64,000 nt of DNA, taken from the NCBI RefSeq assembly GCF_006345805.1, contig NC_042998.1, forward strand, positions 180,792,001-180,856,000. Direction: 5' to 3'. The notes beneath the pieces were generated by a model. It ran no database searches and had not been told where the DNA came from. It saw only the letters and a program-made list of their open reading frames with translations. Positions 50,845 through 64,000 of this stretch are shown here, in pieces (positions within the stretch are counted from its first letter, which is position 1; each line of letters starts with the position of its first letter). The stretch comes from Octopus sinensis. Taxonomy: Eukaryota. The position numbers were made by a program, and so were the translations under genes.

Positions 50845-52479
50845 TGTTTCTTTATTAGCCACACAGGGCTCGACATTTCGTCCGGCGTGATAACGTTTCT
50901 GCCAGCTCGCCGCATTTGTCCCACACCACCGCTTAACAACTGTTGTTGCATTTGGGGTGTTTACAGGGCCGTAGACTAGCGATCCAACAAAAGGGGTCGA
51001 TAGAATGAGTATTAATCTGTAAAAATAAGTACTACGCTCGATTCAGTCGACTGCAAGTCATCAATGTAGTGCCCCTGCATGGCTGCAGTCTAATACTTAA
51101 AGAAAATAACGGATAAAAGATTTGTCTTTGGAGAGTCATTACGCCAATGATAACACACGCACTAGTTTCATTCTCCTTCTTTATTGTTTGTCAATTTGTT
51201 AAATATGTAACCAACAAACTTCTCAATCATTTGCTTAATGTGCTGGCTATCCAATCAATAGGTTGTTTGTTAATCCAAGTTCTTTTTTTGCTTCTTGGAA
51301 CCTTTTCGGTGACTTTACAAACTTTCCCTCTTGCTCCAAGTTGTGCAAGGCCTGCTCTTAGTCTGTCTAAGAATTGGTCTTGTGTCTGTGTGTATGCATG
51401 CTTCAATGCGTGTGTGAATGGTTGTGCGTGTACACTCGTGTAATTGTTTGCATGTTTGTTTGTGCGTTTCTGGTGTGTATATACACTATCTGTGACCCCT
51501 TTAAGGGATCGGTCATTTGTTCTAAGTTCGGTCTCATATCTGTTGAAGATTTATGGGTTTAGGGTGTTGTTATTTATGTTGGGAAGAGGAGAGGAGAGAT
51601 GAGAACGGGCTAGGAGTGTGTTAGTGCATCTGCCTATGTGTGTGCGCGCGTGTGTGTGTGAACATCTACCAGCGCGTATATGTGTGTGAGAGTGCGTGTG
51701 TGTGCGCGCATGCAAGTATATGAACTATTGTGCGTGTTCGGTGGTCTTGTCGGTTCTGTGAGTAAGTGTGTATGTCTTTATGTGTGTGTGTGATTGTGTG
51801 AGTGTATTGTTATTTGAGTGTATTCCAGAATGTGTGTATGTGTATCCAGCAGTTATTGTGCGCATACTAGCATGAGTGCGTTCTTGTATATCTGTTTGTG
51901 TTACTGCTGACGTGCGCGCGCGATAGTATGTGTGGATCAGGCAGATTTTGGAATAGATATGCATCTGTGTATATGATAGCGTCCGAGTGTGTGTCTAAGT
52001 ATTTCTGAATAAGTCTGAGTGTATGTGCACGTGTGCCTTTGCATATATGTGCATGTGTGCGCCCGCGTGTCTGCTCTTGTCTTTGTGTGTGTACTTGTAC
52101 GTGTCTTTACGTGGTGTGTGTGTGTGTATGCATTGAGACGCGTGTTCTTATTATGTTTCTTTGTGTATGTGTTTGTCCGTCCGTGAGCGCGCCTGGATGT
52201 ATATTGTTGTGTATGGTTGAATATGGCTGCGTATGGCTATGTATGGTTGTGTATAGGAACTGTTCATATACAGGCATTTATTCGTATGGATTCGCTTGTA
52301 TCCTTCAGTCATATCTCCTTCCTTATCTACCCGTACCCATGCCTGCATGTCTGCACATGCGCTCGTGTGCGCGTCGAGCGTAGATATGTTTGGATATGTA
52401 TTGGAATTGCACGTATTTACATATATTATTTATTTGTATGGGTTTACACACATTCTTCAGTCATTCTTTATATGCATAT

Positions 52480-52724
52480 GTGTGTGTATACATATATATG
52501 TATGTATTGTATGTATATATAATATATATATATATATATACACACATATATATATATATATAATATATATACATACATATATATATACATATATATACAT
52601 ATACACATATATATATGATGTATATATATATGTATATATATGTGTGTGTATATATATATGCATATATATATATACATATATATATGTATATATATGTGTG
52701 TGTATATATATATGCATATATATT

Positions 52725-52777
<53 letters not shown>

Positions 52778-52898
52778 TATATATATATACATATATTGAA
52801 TAAGGGTAGAAATTGATATTAATCAATTAAAACCAGTGGCCACTGGTTTTAACTAATATATATACACATATATATATATACATATATATATATATATC

Positions 52899-52950
<52 letters not shown>
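52480..52950. repeat. Long (TA)n-based tract enclosing a 26-bp perfect palindrome
   Basis: ttaaaaccagtgg|ccactggttttaa at 52827-52852. Confidence 0.92.
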
Positions 52951-52951
<1 letters not shown>

Positions 52952-53427
52952 TTTAACTCCGAATCGGTATTGTGAGTCTATGTTCCGTATTCAATTCCCT
53001 TTTTTTCTCCTTTCTCTTTTTTTTTTACATGTCCTTTTTCTCTGTTCCCCTACTCTCTTTCTTTCTTACTCTAATGCTCATAATATTTTTCTGTCGCATT
53101 TACTTCATAGATCGTCTCATTTTTTTAAAAATATTTTTTAGCAATTTGCACGAAACCTTTTCTGATTTCTTTGTCGTTTTCTTTTCTTTTATTCCCTCTT
53201 TTTCACGTTTCTTTCTCAGTCTTTTTTTTTTTCGTCTAATTTTGCCATCTTTCATTTTTTTTTTCGTACAATCCTTTTCTGCATCTCACTCTCTCTCTCT
53301 CTATTTTACACTCTTCCCTACTGTCCGTCACACATCGCAACAGCATCTACCCCAAACCAACAGCAACACTCTCACCTCTCCCTATCCGTTATGTCTATAA
53401 CAACATCAACTCTATTGCAAACAATTT

Positions 53428-53564
53428 TGGTAGTAGTTGTAGTGGTGGTGGTGTTGGTGGTCGTGGTAGTAGTAGTTGTATAAGTTGTAGTAGTAGTAGT
53501 AGCAGTAGTAGGTGTAGTAATGGTGGTGGTGGTGATGGTTGTGGTGGTGGTGATGGTGGTGGTG

Positions 53565-53595
<31 letters not shown>

Positions 53596-53723
53596 AAGTA
53601 GTAGTAGTAGTAGTAGTAGCAGCAGTAGTAGTAGCAGTAGTAGTAGCAGTAGTAGTAGTGGTGGTGGTGGTGGTGGTGGTGGTGATGGTGGTGGTGGTGA
53701 TGGTGATGGTGATGGTGATGGTG

Positions 53724-53757
<34 letters not shown>

Positions 53758-53771
53758 AAGTAGTAGTAGTA

Positions 53772-53805
<34 letters not shown>

Positions 53806-53824
53806 TGTAGTAGTAGTAGTAGTA
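53428..53824. repeat. Compound (GTA)n/(GTG)n/(GAT)n trinucleotide tract
   Basis: Directly visible; source of the homopolymeric ORFs. Confidence 0.95.
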
Positions 53825-56800
53825 AATCGACAATTTCCATCGCAACCACAAGTGCAGCCTGCACTTGCAACATTGAATTGTACCAAAACTATAAAAATCG
53901 CAGCATATAACCGTCACAATGTCAGATTGCAGTCGTAAAAGGTGCATCTAGTTCACCATGCAGAAAATATTTAAGATCATTTCGCAATTTTATCAATTTT
54001 TACTCAACTCGCTCGTTTCAAACAAGATTTTATCCGCTTGTTCTGCCTGTACAAATAACCCGGCGTGACTCATACGCTGGATTCACGAAGAGTTGAAGCA
54101 GAGGCCAATACATTAGTCTCTATATCATCTACCCCCCACCCAACTTCGTCTCTTAAACAACTGTTGAAGAGACAAAAATGGCAGCTCGTTTCTCAAAGGT
54201 TGCATTGATGTTCAGAAGATATACTGCTGCTATTTGATTATCGATTTCGCAATCGATCTACTGTGTCTACGAAAATGACAAGCCTTGTTGGCCTAGTGAA
54301 AGAAAAAACACTCAGTGTTTTTATGAACATAAATGATTGTGCAGATAAAAATCATAGATATTTTTATATAGATCTTATCTCTTCCCTCGCTCACCAAAAT
54401 AATAATAAAATTAATTATTTAAATAGAATTGTTTTGGCATCAGTAGTTGATTAACTGATAGGCTACAAAATGCAGCATCAGAGGTTCAATTTCTCCTGTG
54501 CTAAGGATTTATTGTATGAAGTGAAACCTCTGTTATCGATTATGCCCTATATCAAAAGGAAATTTTTGCAAAATAAGGAAATAGAGTTGGAAGATCTTCA
54601 GAATATTGCTAGAAAACAGTCTATTGCCTACAGAAAAATGTAAATCGATAACAACAGTGGGGAGATTTCAAATCAGAATCTAGAAAACAAAACAGGAAAA
54701 ACAATATGCTGTCAGTTTCATCTTCATTTCTCATCTCTAACACATTTGAAATTTAATTATTAACAGTTCAGACGGAGGGATTTAATGAGAAAATTACTGC
54801 CAAATATATGTATTATATCTAACGATAAATACTTATTACAATATTCAGGACTGTAAGATAAAGGATCATCGATAAAATTTCCAAATATGACCGGATATTA
54901 CCTTTGCGAAAGATCGAAATGTCAATACAAATTACTCTTCACACAACAACTTGTCAGTTATTCAAATTCTTCAACAATATTACCCTGCAGTTAAAATCTA
55001 ACTCTAGCATGTAATGAGCTTAGATGGCTTGTTGAATAATATAGTATATAATATTCCTTACTTAAAATTAAGGATGTAGATTTACAGTGGAAAGGAATAG
55101 TAATGTAGGATTTTCGAGCCTTGAGAAATTAAATGAAGTTAATTCGCTTCACCCAAGAATAAGAAAAACCCGCCTGTGGACTCGAACTCTTGAAATGTTA
55201 TTTCTTGCTATATGCCGCTTGCCACCCTGAGAATATACATTAATATCATAGATAAAACCAGTAGAGCTCTAGGAAAAGTACAGTTGAAGTGGGAAATTTC
55301 TTGCTTGGCTACCTCTTTAATAATATATAGCATGCCAAATATATCAAAATAAGCAATATAATTTATATGCGCATTCAATGAAGGTATATATAATTAATTA
55401 TGTGAATTTTTCAATAATATTCTATTTAGCAAACAAAAATATAAGATTCAAAGTTATAAAATATTGAAAACATATTATTTAAATGACGGAATTTCGTGAA
55501 ATAAATAATAAAGAAATGGAAATATAACAAATTATGGAATTATCGTGTGGCCATACGCATATATGTATGTATGAGAGTGTGTGGTCATCTTTGAAAAGCT
55601 ACCACTCGTAGTAAGGAGTACATTGCATTCAGTTCATTTTTCTTGAAAAGAAAAACGCCATCGTTTCAAATATTTATCCTTCATCAGAAATAAGACAGAT
55701 TGTGTTAATATAATAAAGTGAAAGAAAAAGTGGTGAACAAGTAATATGGAATGATAAGGCTGAGAAGACAGAGAGGAAAAGATGAGATTGAAAAGTGTGG
55801 AAGTTGGTTTGAGAAGTGTAAGAGAGGAACAATATAGAACAAAGTAAAGTGGGGGGGGGAAACTATTTGAAGCTAAGTCGGTTAAAATAGCAGCAGGTGA
55901 TTAGAGTTAAGTAAAATAAATAAAATGATAGGTGGAAGTGAAGAGTAAGGAGGACGGTAACCAAAAGAATATCTACAAAGTAAAAGAGACACCAACCAAA
56001 GTGTGAGCCGGAAGAGGTGGGGAGAGAGTTTGCAGGAGAGAAATTAAATAACGAACTTCGAAAAGTGTTAAGTATTGTAAAATATCTATTAAAAGAAAAA
56101 CAGAATAAGATCCTTCTCTTCAAGATGTTTCTTTCCTAAATACGCTAGTGTTTTAGTTTGTGACATTCGAATAGCTATTTTAATTACGTGAGTCTACAAT
56201 GTATAGATTTCTTTTAATAGTTTCTTTCTGCTTTTAAGAATATTTCACCTCCAATTATGTACCCTTTTTAATAATTACAGTTAAAAGTAACATCCTAGTG
56301 ATAATAGTAAATGATCAGTAAATGATCTGAGTTGAAGATCATTTTGGCCGTTTTACCTCAGGGTAACTCTCTAAGTGTATAGGGCAATGAGGCAACCAGC
56401 TTGTAGCCGCTGGAGATGTTATAAATTACAACTAAATTCTCTCAGATTACACCCCACCTTCTTATAAAACAAGAATAGTGATTAATACAGTCTCAGTTCA
56501 CCCTGTATAGAAAATACTGAGATGACTACGGCCGTAATATCTTTGATCATAGGCCTGTTCGATTAGAACTAATCGGAGGACCGCAGAAAGGTGTATAAAA
56601 AGTGTATAATTTAAATAGATATCTATAAAAATGCTTTATTTCGGAAAATATCTTTAGTTTATGTGAAGAATACTTCAGACTTTCCTCTTCAAAAAATTAT
56701 ATACAGCTATAAAAGTTTCTCAACAAAAACGTCCTTTTAAGAAAGGAACTGAACTTATGGAAACCAGTTGAATAATCCGAATGCGATTGAAAGTATTCCT

Positions 56801-57395
56801 TTTAAGAAAAGAAGATAATTTTTCCGAAGTAAAACAGTTCCTTGGCATTATATCTGACTTTTAAAGAAAAGTTCTGTGTTGTAAATGAGTTGTTAGATAA
56901 TCGGCAAAGAAACATGTAGAAAAACCCAGTGTTGCTATTATTAAGATTATATCTAAAACAACATCGGAACGTTATATATTATGTAAGATAATACAGTGTT
57001 GCTCTTTGAAGAAAGACATAAGAGAGGTTTATCCCTTTGGAGTGTTTGTTGGGTTTACATTAAGATCTGTAACTTTATATAAAGCTATAATTATTTAAGT
57101 AAATTTATTCGCCTTCAAATCTATCGATGACTGTCGAAATCTGCTCAAAACAGCCTTAATCTTGATGTGTAACAGTTGTATAAAGAAGATTATGCTTGTC
57201 ACGACAACGTATTATATATCATGTAGAGAAAATCCCCAAAGTTCAACAAGTTAACACAGGTAAACTTCTCCCATTCCACTATATTTATTCTACCTGTCAT
57301 GTATTGATTTTAACGTCCTTAAATGTCAAGGTATTATATAAAAATTCAGTAATTCTCTGTAGTCTTCCTCTATGGTGATTAAATATACCTCTAAT

Positions 57396-57766
57396 ACTTG
57401 TTTCAGTCATTTGACTGCGGCCATGCTGGATCACCGCCTTTAGTCGAGCAAATCAACCCCAAGACTTTTTCTCTGAAAGCCTAGTACTTATTCTATCGGT
57501 CTCTTTTGCTGAACCGCTAAGTTACGGGGACGTAAATACACCGGCATCGGTTGTCAAGCGATGTTGGGGGGACAAACACAGACAAATACACACACATATA
57601 TATATACATATATACGACGGGCTTCTTTCAGTTTCCGTCTACCAAATCCACTCACAAGGCTTTGGTCGGCCCGAGGCTATAGTTGAAGACACTTGCCCAA
57701 GATGCCACGCAGTGGGACTGAACCTGGAACCATGTGGTTCATAAGCAAGCTACTTACCACACAGCC
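57396..57766 (-). mobile_element. Near full-length SINE B
   Basis: Colinear with 39990-40360. Confidence 0.9.
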
Positions 57767-58328
57767 GAAACTGAAAGCATAGACCTTGAGATCTACAAAC
57801 AATTGTAAATATTTCAGGTTTCATCTAATAATAAACAATGTTTACCTTCCATCGGATCTGTCAAGATCATGAAGTTAGTATACCAAGTAGAACATATGTA
57901 GTAATAAGTTCACTGTTTTATGTTTCTGAGTTCAAAATCCCACGGAAGCAGAATTTTCAATATTTCTAGAAATCCACGGACTTAATTTGTCCGTGGATTC
58001 AATATTGCTTTGATGCTTTTAGCAACGTCCACACTGTTGCAAGCATTCAGATCACATTTCTGTTCTAAGTGTAAGTTCTTTCGATAATCACAGGGACATT
58101 GAAAAGGGTTGACAGTTGCTGCCCTTCTTCCTGCATAAAATAAAGAAAAAAAGCGCTAATAGCACCGTTAGCACGCCGGGCAAATGCGTAGCAGCATTTC
58201 GTCCGCCTCTACGTTCTAACTTCAAACTCTTCCGAGGTCAATGTTCAAGGCGGTGCCCAGCATGGCCACAGCCTAATGACTAAAACCAGTAAGAGAGGAA
58301 CAATATAGAACAAATTTTCTCAAAACAA

Positions 58329-58811
58329 CTTGTCTGACCGTCCCATAGGTCTCCCCTATGAGAAACCCTGATTTAACCTAAATTTGAGACACAAAAGAAG
58401 AAATAAAGATAGACTTTTTTTCTATTCCAAAGAAAAACGATTTTATTCACACAAATATGCAACCGAAGAGTTTAAAGTATCAGTAATAATAAGGCTGTTG
58501 ACTTGGAGAACACAAACATGGTTTAAACAGTAAACTTGGCAGGAAAGAAACGTGCATTTAAGCAGTACAAAAACAACGTGCATTTTTCTTGCGTACGCGT
58601 AGTATCGATCGCAACAGCTGATTACTCGCGCGTACAAATGCGCGTTCCCACGGCTTTATCGATCGCATTCTCACCTGGAATCGATTTTTGTAATTATTTT
58701 CAAGACTTATACAAGCCCTGATACCGTCGGTACCTACATATCAAATTTGAGCACAATCGGATGGAGGATGCCCGAGATCCTAGAAGATACAGACACAAAC
58801 AGACAGAACGG

Positions 58812-58830
<19 letters not shown>
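58329..58830 (-). mobile_element. Helitron/HINE-like non-autonomous element
   Basis: Minus strand starts in (TA)n-GAAATCCGTTCTGTCTG..CCGATTGTGCTCAAATTTG; 3' hairpin catagg/cctatg followed by CAAG|T (one mismatch from CTAG). Confidence 0.5.
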
Positions 58831-58853
<23 letters not shown>

Positions 58854-58929
58854 TACTCCGCATAGGGCACACTTAGATATTTTAATTTGAGCGGGTATAG
58901 AGGTAAATGTAGGAATAAGCGAATTAGTC

Positions 58930-59198
58930 AGATCAATATATAAAGTATATTAAATACATGAAATACAAAAAAAATGTATACATGTATACATATAAAATGA
59001 TCCAGCTTACATAAAGTACAAATGATACAGAGGATTAAAGGGGTGTAGGAAAAGTATTACAAATCCAACAGTAATACTTTTCCTCCACCCCTTTAATCCT
59101 CATATCATTTGTACTCTATGAAAGTTGTACTATCTTATATGTATACGTATATACATTTTTTTGTGTTCATGTATTTAATATACTTTATATATTGATCT
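58930..59198. repeat. ~270-bp imperfect palindrome
   Basis: Arms agatcaatatataaagtatattaaatacatgaa..aggaaaagtattac / gtaatacttttcct..ttcatgtatttaatatactttatatattgatct; loop 59061-59070. Confidence 0.92.
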
Positions 59199-59309
59199 CC
59201 AAGTAATCCTATTGTAGTGTTCCAAGTTACGTTTCATCACCCTTCTATATGGCAAATCCGTGGATGGGCTCCGTATAAGTTGGGTTTTACAGAGTAATAT
59301 ATAACAAAC

Positions 59310-59607
59310 AAGTTAAAATAATGGTCGTTACATATAATTCCTTTATTGGAGAACATTTGGCGTACAGCTGTTTCCGGTAATCATTTTAAGTACAATACTG
59401 ATGGGTTTGCTTAATTGGTCTATTGATCAACTGAGGTCAATTAAACGACCTCAGAAAATGACTGCTGGTCGTTTAATTTACCTCAGTTGAACAATAAGCC
59501 AATTGAGTAAAACTATCAGTAATGTACCCATAATGACTACTGGAAACAGCTGTAAGCCATATTTGCTGCAATAAAGGAAAAATATGTAATGACCATCATT
59601 TTAACTT
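59310..59607. repeat. ~300-bp imperfect palindrome
   Basis: Arms aagttaaaataatggtc..tacagctgtttcc..caactgaggtcaattaaacgacc / ggtcgtttaatttacctcagttg..ggaaacagctgta..gaccatcattttaactt; loop 59451-59466. Confidence 0.92.
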
Positions 59608-59656
59608 ATTTCTCATATATATACACATACACACACACGCACACACACACACACAC

Positions 59657-59711
<55 letters not shown>

Positions 59712-59753
59712 GTATATATATGTATGTATGTATGAATATATATATTATATATA

Positions 59754-59792
<39 letters not shown>

Positions 59793-59796
59793 TATA

Positions 59797-59836
<40 letters not shown>

Positions 59837-60750
59837 CGAGCAGTAGACGCATAGATTCCGGAATAGATATCTCGCCTCTAACATCAAACACTGGAACATT
59901 CGCGCTACGATCTGATAACGCGAGACCAAGTATTTAGTATAATATTCCTTTCAAAGTACTGACTGGTTGCGCTGATCGGTGGCCCGAGCATAATAAAATA
60001 TGGTTTAGAAGTGCTAAGCAGGGATGTGTATAAATGTAAAGTTGTTACCAATTCAAACATGATTAAGACATATTTGAGCCTGAAAGAAAACTATATTTTT
60101 TCATGGAGAAAAACTCTTGCTGTAGATACATATGTGAAAACACAGCGAGTTCGCTCGAAGCAGATTTCATTGTTTATATAAAATTACTGACATCTAGAAA
60201 CTGATTTTGATACATTCAAGGTAACTCTATACAGTTTTCAGTTTGCAATTAATTGACCGATTTAAAAAAATATATATATTTGCTATAAAATGGACCTAAT
60301 TATATATCCATAAATCATTGAAAATTCATAGTCTCAATTAATCAAAAAAATTCTAAATTTTTTTTAAAATATATGTATTGAAAAATATTGAATTTAGTTT
60401 TAGGGATGCTAATTTGTATAATATGTTTTAATTGTTCGATAATTTATATATCAAACGGTAAATTAAACTGTTTTTATTTTTCTATTTTTCTTCATCGTTA
60501 TAAGCAGTAAACATCAGTCAACCGAGATTAATAAAATTTCAAATAGAATAGAAATAATACAATTAACATAACGATTATGGACATTAAATTGACCATAATT
60601 TTATGTATGGACATTAGGAATGAAAATACTATTAACATAAATACAACATAAACGAAAAGGTGTTAATCAAGAAAGGAAATTGAGTATAAGGATTTAATAT
60701 AGTAGAAAGGCCATGAGGCGACTAATTGGTCGAGTCGTGTAGGTTATTTT

Positions 60751-60940
60751 AAGACGGTGAGCTGGCAGAATCGCTAGCACTCCGGGTAAAGTGCTCAGCT
60801 GCATTTCGTTCGTTTTTGACGTTCTGAGTCCAAATTTCACTGATGTTGACTTTGCGTTTCATACTTTCGGCGTCGATAAAATAAGTAATACTCACCTCCT
60901 TCGAAAATTGCTGGTCTTGTGTCAAAATTTGAAACCGATA
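60751..60940 (+). mobile_element. Older SINE A copy (tail2 type)
   Basis: gacggtgagctggcagaatcgctagcac..gttctgagtccaaatt..gtcgataaaataagta. Confidence 0.8.
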
Positions 60941-61467
60941 GAGTAGTGATTGAATATTGTGAAGTTCATGCGCTTTAATGGCTTTTAGTTGCAAAACTTG
61001 AATTGAATTTGCTGCACTCGGATGCGAAACTGTATAGATAGCTCAGCATGTATGCTCTGCGTAAATCTTAATACTTTGATACTCACCTCCTTCGAAAATT
61101 GCTAGCCTTGTGCCAAAATTTGAAACCGATATAGCAGTGATTGAATATTGTGATGTTCATGCGCTTTAATGGCTTTTAGTTGCAAAACCTGTAGTGAATT
61201 TGTTGCACTCGGATGCGAAACTGTATAGACAGCTCTGCATGTGTGCTCTGCGTAAATCTTAATACTTTAATACTTTAATACTCACCTCCTTCGAAAATTG
61301 CTGGTCTTGGGCCAAAATTTGAAACTGATTGAATATTGTTGAATATTGTGAAGTTCATGCGCTTTAATGGCTTTTAATTGCAAAACTTGTAGTGAATTTG
61401 CTGCACTCGGATGCGAAACCGTATAGACAGCTCTACATATCTGCTCTGCGTAAATCTTAATACTTTA
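60887..61467. repeat. Three-copy tandem repeat, ~191-199 bp unit
   Basis: ctcacctccttcgaaaattgct at 60891, 61082 and 61281. Confidence 0.95.
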
Positions 61468-62659
61468 CGATGCTTGCAGTCGTTAGCTGCAAATATCCTC
61501 AATTATTACATTTCAAGAAAAAGAAAAAAAAGCAAAGGTTTTTATACAGATACAGCTATGTAGGCATTTTCTCTGTTTTAAAGTATAATTTATCTAGCAT
61601 CTAATTCGACTGTCTATACGTTAAGTTTCCTAACATTCGCCATTCTTAACTTATATAAATGCTTTGAAGAAACATTATTCCATTTAATAGCTAAAATTAC
61701 CTTAGCGCTGACCCACAGAGATCAATAAACGATCAATGTCTCATAAACTAAAAGGACCCTCTAATTCTTTCAACATTATGTTATATCTTATCTCAGAAAA
61801 GGCATTATCTTAATTTACAAACCAGTGACAGGTAGCCTGATGTCACACTGCTAGAACCAATTTCCTTCTCGCTGATCCCATAAAAAGAGTTTTCTATCCC
61901 CTGGTAAGCCTACTTTCTCTTTACGTCATGGCTAAATACAATACGATCTTTTTCCACTTGATTTTTAAAATGTTATTAAATAACCATTAGTACATGACAA
62001 AGTCTCCCTTTCAGCTCACACACACTGTATGTATGTATGTATGTATGTATGTATGTATGTATTGGTTTTTTTTTTATCCTTTCATTATATTTCTTGATTT
62101 TAGTTCTCACTATCGACACCTTGCTTCTCTACAAGAATATGCAGTTCTTCAAGTCTATACTTCTCTGGAATTTCCTTCCAGTCATGAATTCCTATAGAAT
62201 GCCAAGTCTTTTACACTTCAAAGCAAACATTTATTATTTTATAACTTGGCACAATGTCAGACCCGTGATTAGTGTGAGGGATATATATATATACTAAATA
62301 CACCCGTTCTCTATATATTTTTGGTAGTTATTTTATCCAGTCCAGGCAGATAAAAATCCCCATTTAGGATTCGACCTGAGAAGCAAACAGGAACATGTAA
62401 ACTACAGTAAATCAAGTGATTTAACATTTCTACAACTTCATTTCTTACTACTTTCTATTGCATTTTTTTTTTATTAAAAATGTTAACTAGAATAAACTCT
62501 CCAACGTATGATGTGGTTCCCACCCACGAAACTACATCATAAATTATAATACAGCCCTCCTAAAATAAATCGTGAAAGCTTGCAGATAATATTTGCTCAC
62601 ATATTCTCTTCACACGCCCATGCCCTATAGTTATACATGTTTTTCATCTCATACTCTCA

Positions 62660-62664
62660 TCTTA

Positions 62665-62722
<58 letters not shown>

Positions 62723-62752
62723 GGTGTGTGTATATATATATATATTTATTTT

Positions 62753-62783
<31 letters not shown>

Positions 62784-62889
62784 GCATATATATATATACA
62801 CATATATATATTCATACAAATTTATACATATATTCATAATCATACTCACAAACACATGTAAATATAAATGTACGATTAGTACATACACA

Positions 62890-62971
<82 letters not shown>

Positions 62972-62990
62972 CACACATATATATACATGC
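62660..62990. repeat. (CT)n/(TA)n microsatellite cluster
   Basis: Directly visible. Confidence 0.92.
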
Positions 62991-63736
62991 ATGAGCAAGG
63001 CTGAATGTAGTAAATGAGAAAGACAAATACACACTTTCCATGAAAGCAAATACAGAAACCTGTTTATAAGAATGCATCTGTCTACACATATGAACCGCAA
63101 ACCGCATAAACATATTTACATAAATGATGGTTTGCAGTTTGAGTATATAAATGTGAATTTGCGAAAAAATCTATAGCTAAGAACGTATGTAATATTTTCA
63201 ATTAATCAAACTATAGCGGAAAGCTAATATCCATTTTAGTTATTAGTGCCAAAAGATTGAACAGCCAGCCCCCAGGCTACAAGATAATCTACTCAAGATG
63301 TCTCTAGACAGTATGTACCAAAGACATTCCATATAGTCATATTTTATCGGAGGCAAATGTTTTCAGTTATTAACTCTCGGTTTAATTCGCGGAATCTGAG
63401 CAGTGACAAATATTGATCATCAACAACGGCGTCGACATCACCAGCAGCTACATCACTGAGAAAATCAAACATAAATAAACCACAAGCAAAAAGAGAAAAA
63501 AAAAAAGCTTACATACTAAAAGACGTAAACAAAGCAAAAACCAGAAATCTCCTACCAACATTAATACAAGCAGAAAGCAAGAGTAACTAACATCAACAAT
63601 TCAGCCTAAATAAAAATGGACAGAAAGGTTAAATAAATACAGTCTTGGATTTGTGTTTTTAGTTTTAATTCTATTTCATACCAGAAATACTACTTATTTA
63701 CAAAGTACTTCTTGTGTAAGAGAATACTATATACAC

Positions 63737-63801
<65 letters not shown>

Positions 63802-63815
63802 TGTGTGTGTGTGTG

Positions 63816-63846
<31 letters not shown>

Positions 63847-64000
63847 TGTGTGAGGTGTGCGTGTGTGTATGCATACGTACGTATGAATATAAGCATCTTA
63901 CACACATTGAAGTTCATACATGTATATATATATATATATATTCATATATGCATATACAAGCACATATGTGTGTATATGTTTGGTTGTCTGTCTGTCTCTC

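Noticed and set aside
52296-52826. Long YI/CV-rich ORFs here and throughout the ORF track
   Set aside because: Translations of (TA)n, (TG)n, (TATG)n and (GATA)n repeats
53372-53947. 191-aa poly-Thr (mucin-like) ORF and overlapping poly-His/Leu/Val ORFs
   Set aside because: A trinucleotide tract open in several frames, with no complex coding sequence or splice support

Overview
AT-rich, repeat-saturated eukaryotic non-coding DNA (intergenic or a large intron). The SINE families and microsatellite load suggest a coleoid cephalopod such as Octopus; this is inferred from pattern recognition, not from a search. I can support no intact host gene, and almost all ORFs in the track are microsatellite read-throughs. 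The window holds: three tRNA-derived SINE families; decayed LINEs (RTE x3, CR1-group, R4/Dong-like, I/Jockey-like, and an ORF1-only Tx1/L1-like insert); DNA-transposon relics (mariner, Merlin, Helitron-type, possible Crypton); and Penelope-type relics with minimal hammerhead-ribozyme motifs and long palindromes set in (TA)n tracts. Most notable: (1) one SINE appears to re-insert at the same target, giving a repeat-insert-repeat array at 39158-39644 and fixed-junction multimers elsewhere; (2) several type I hammerhead motifs, including a ~200-bp ribozyme-bearing dispersed element; (3) a three-level nest of SINE > ORF1-only retroposon > Helitron; (4) two RTE copies with 5' inversions. Boundaries of decayed elements are approximate.
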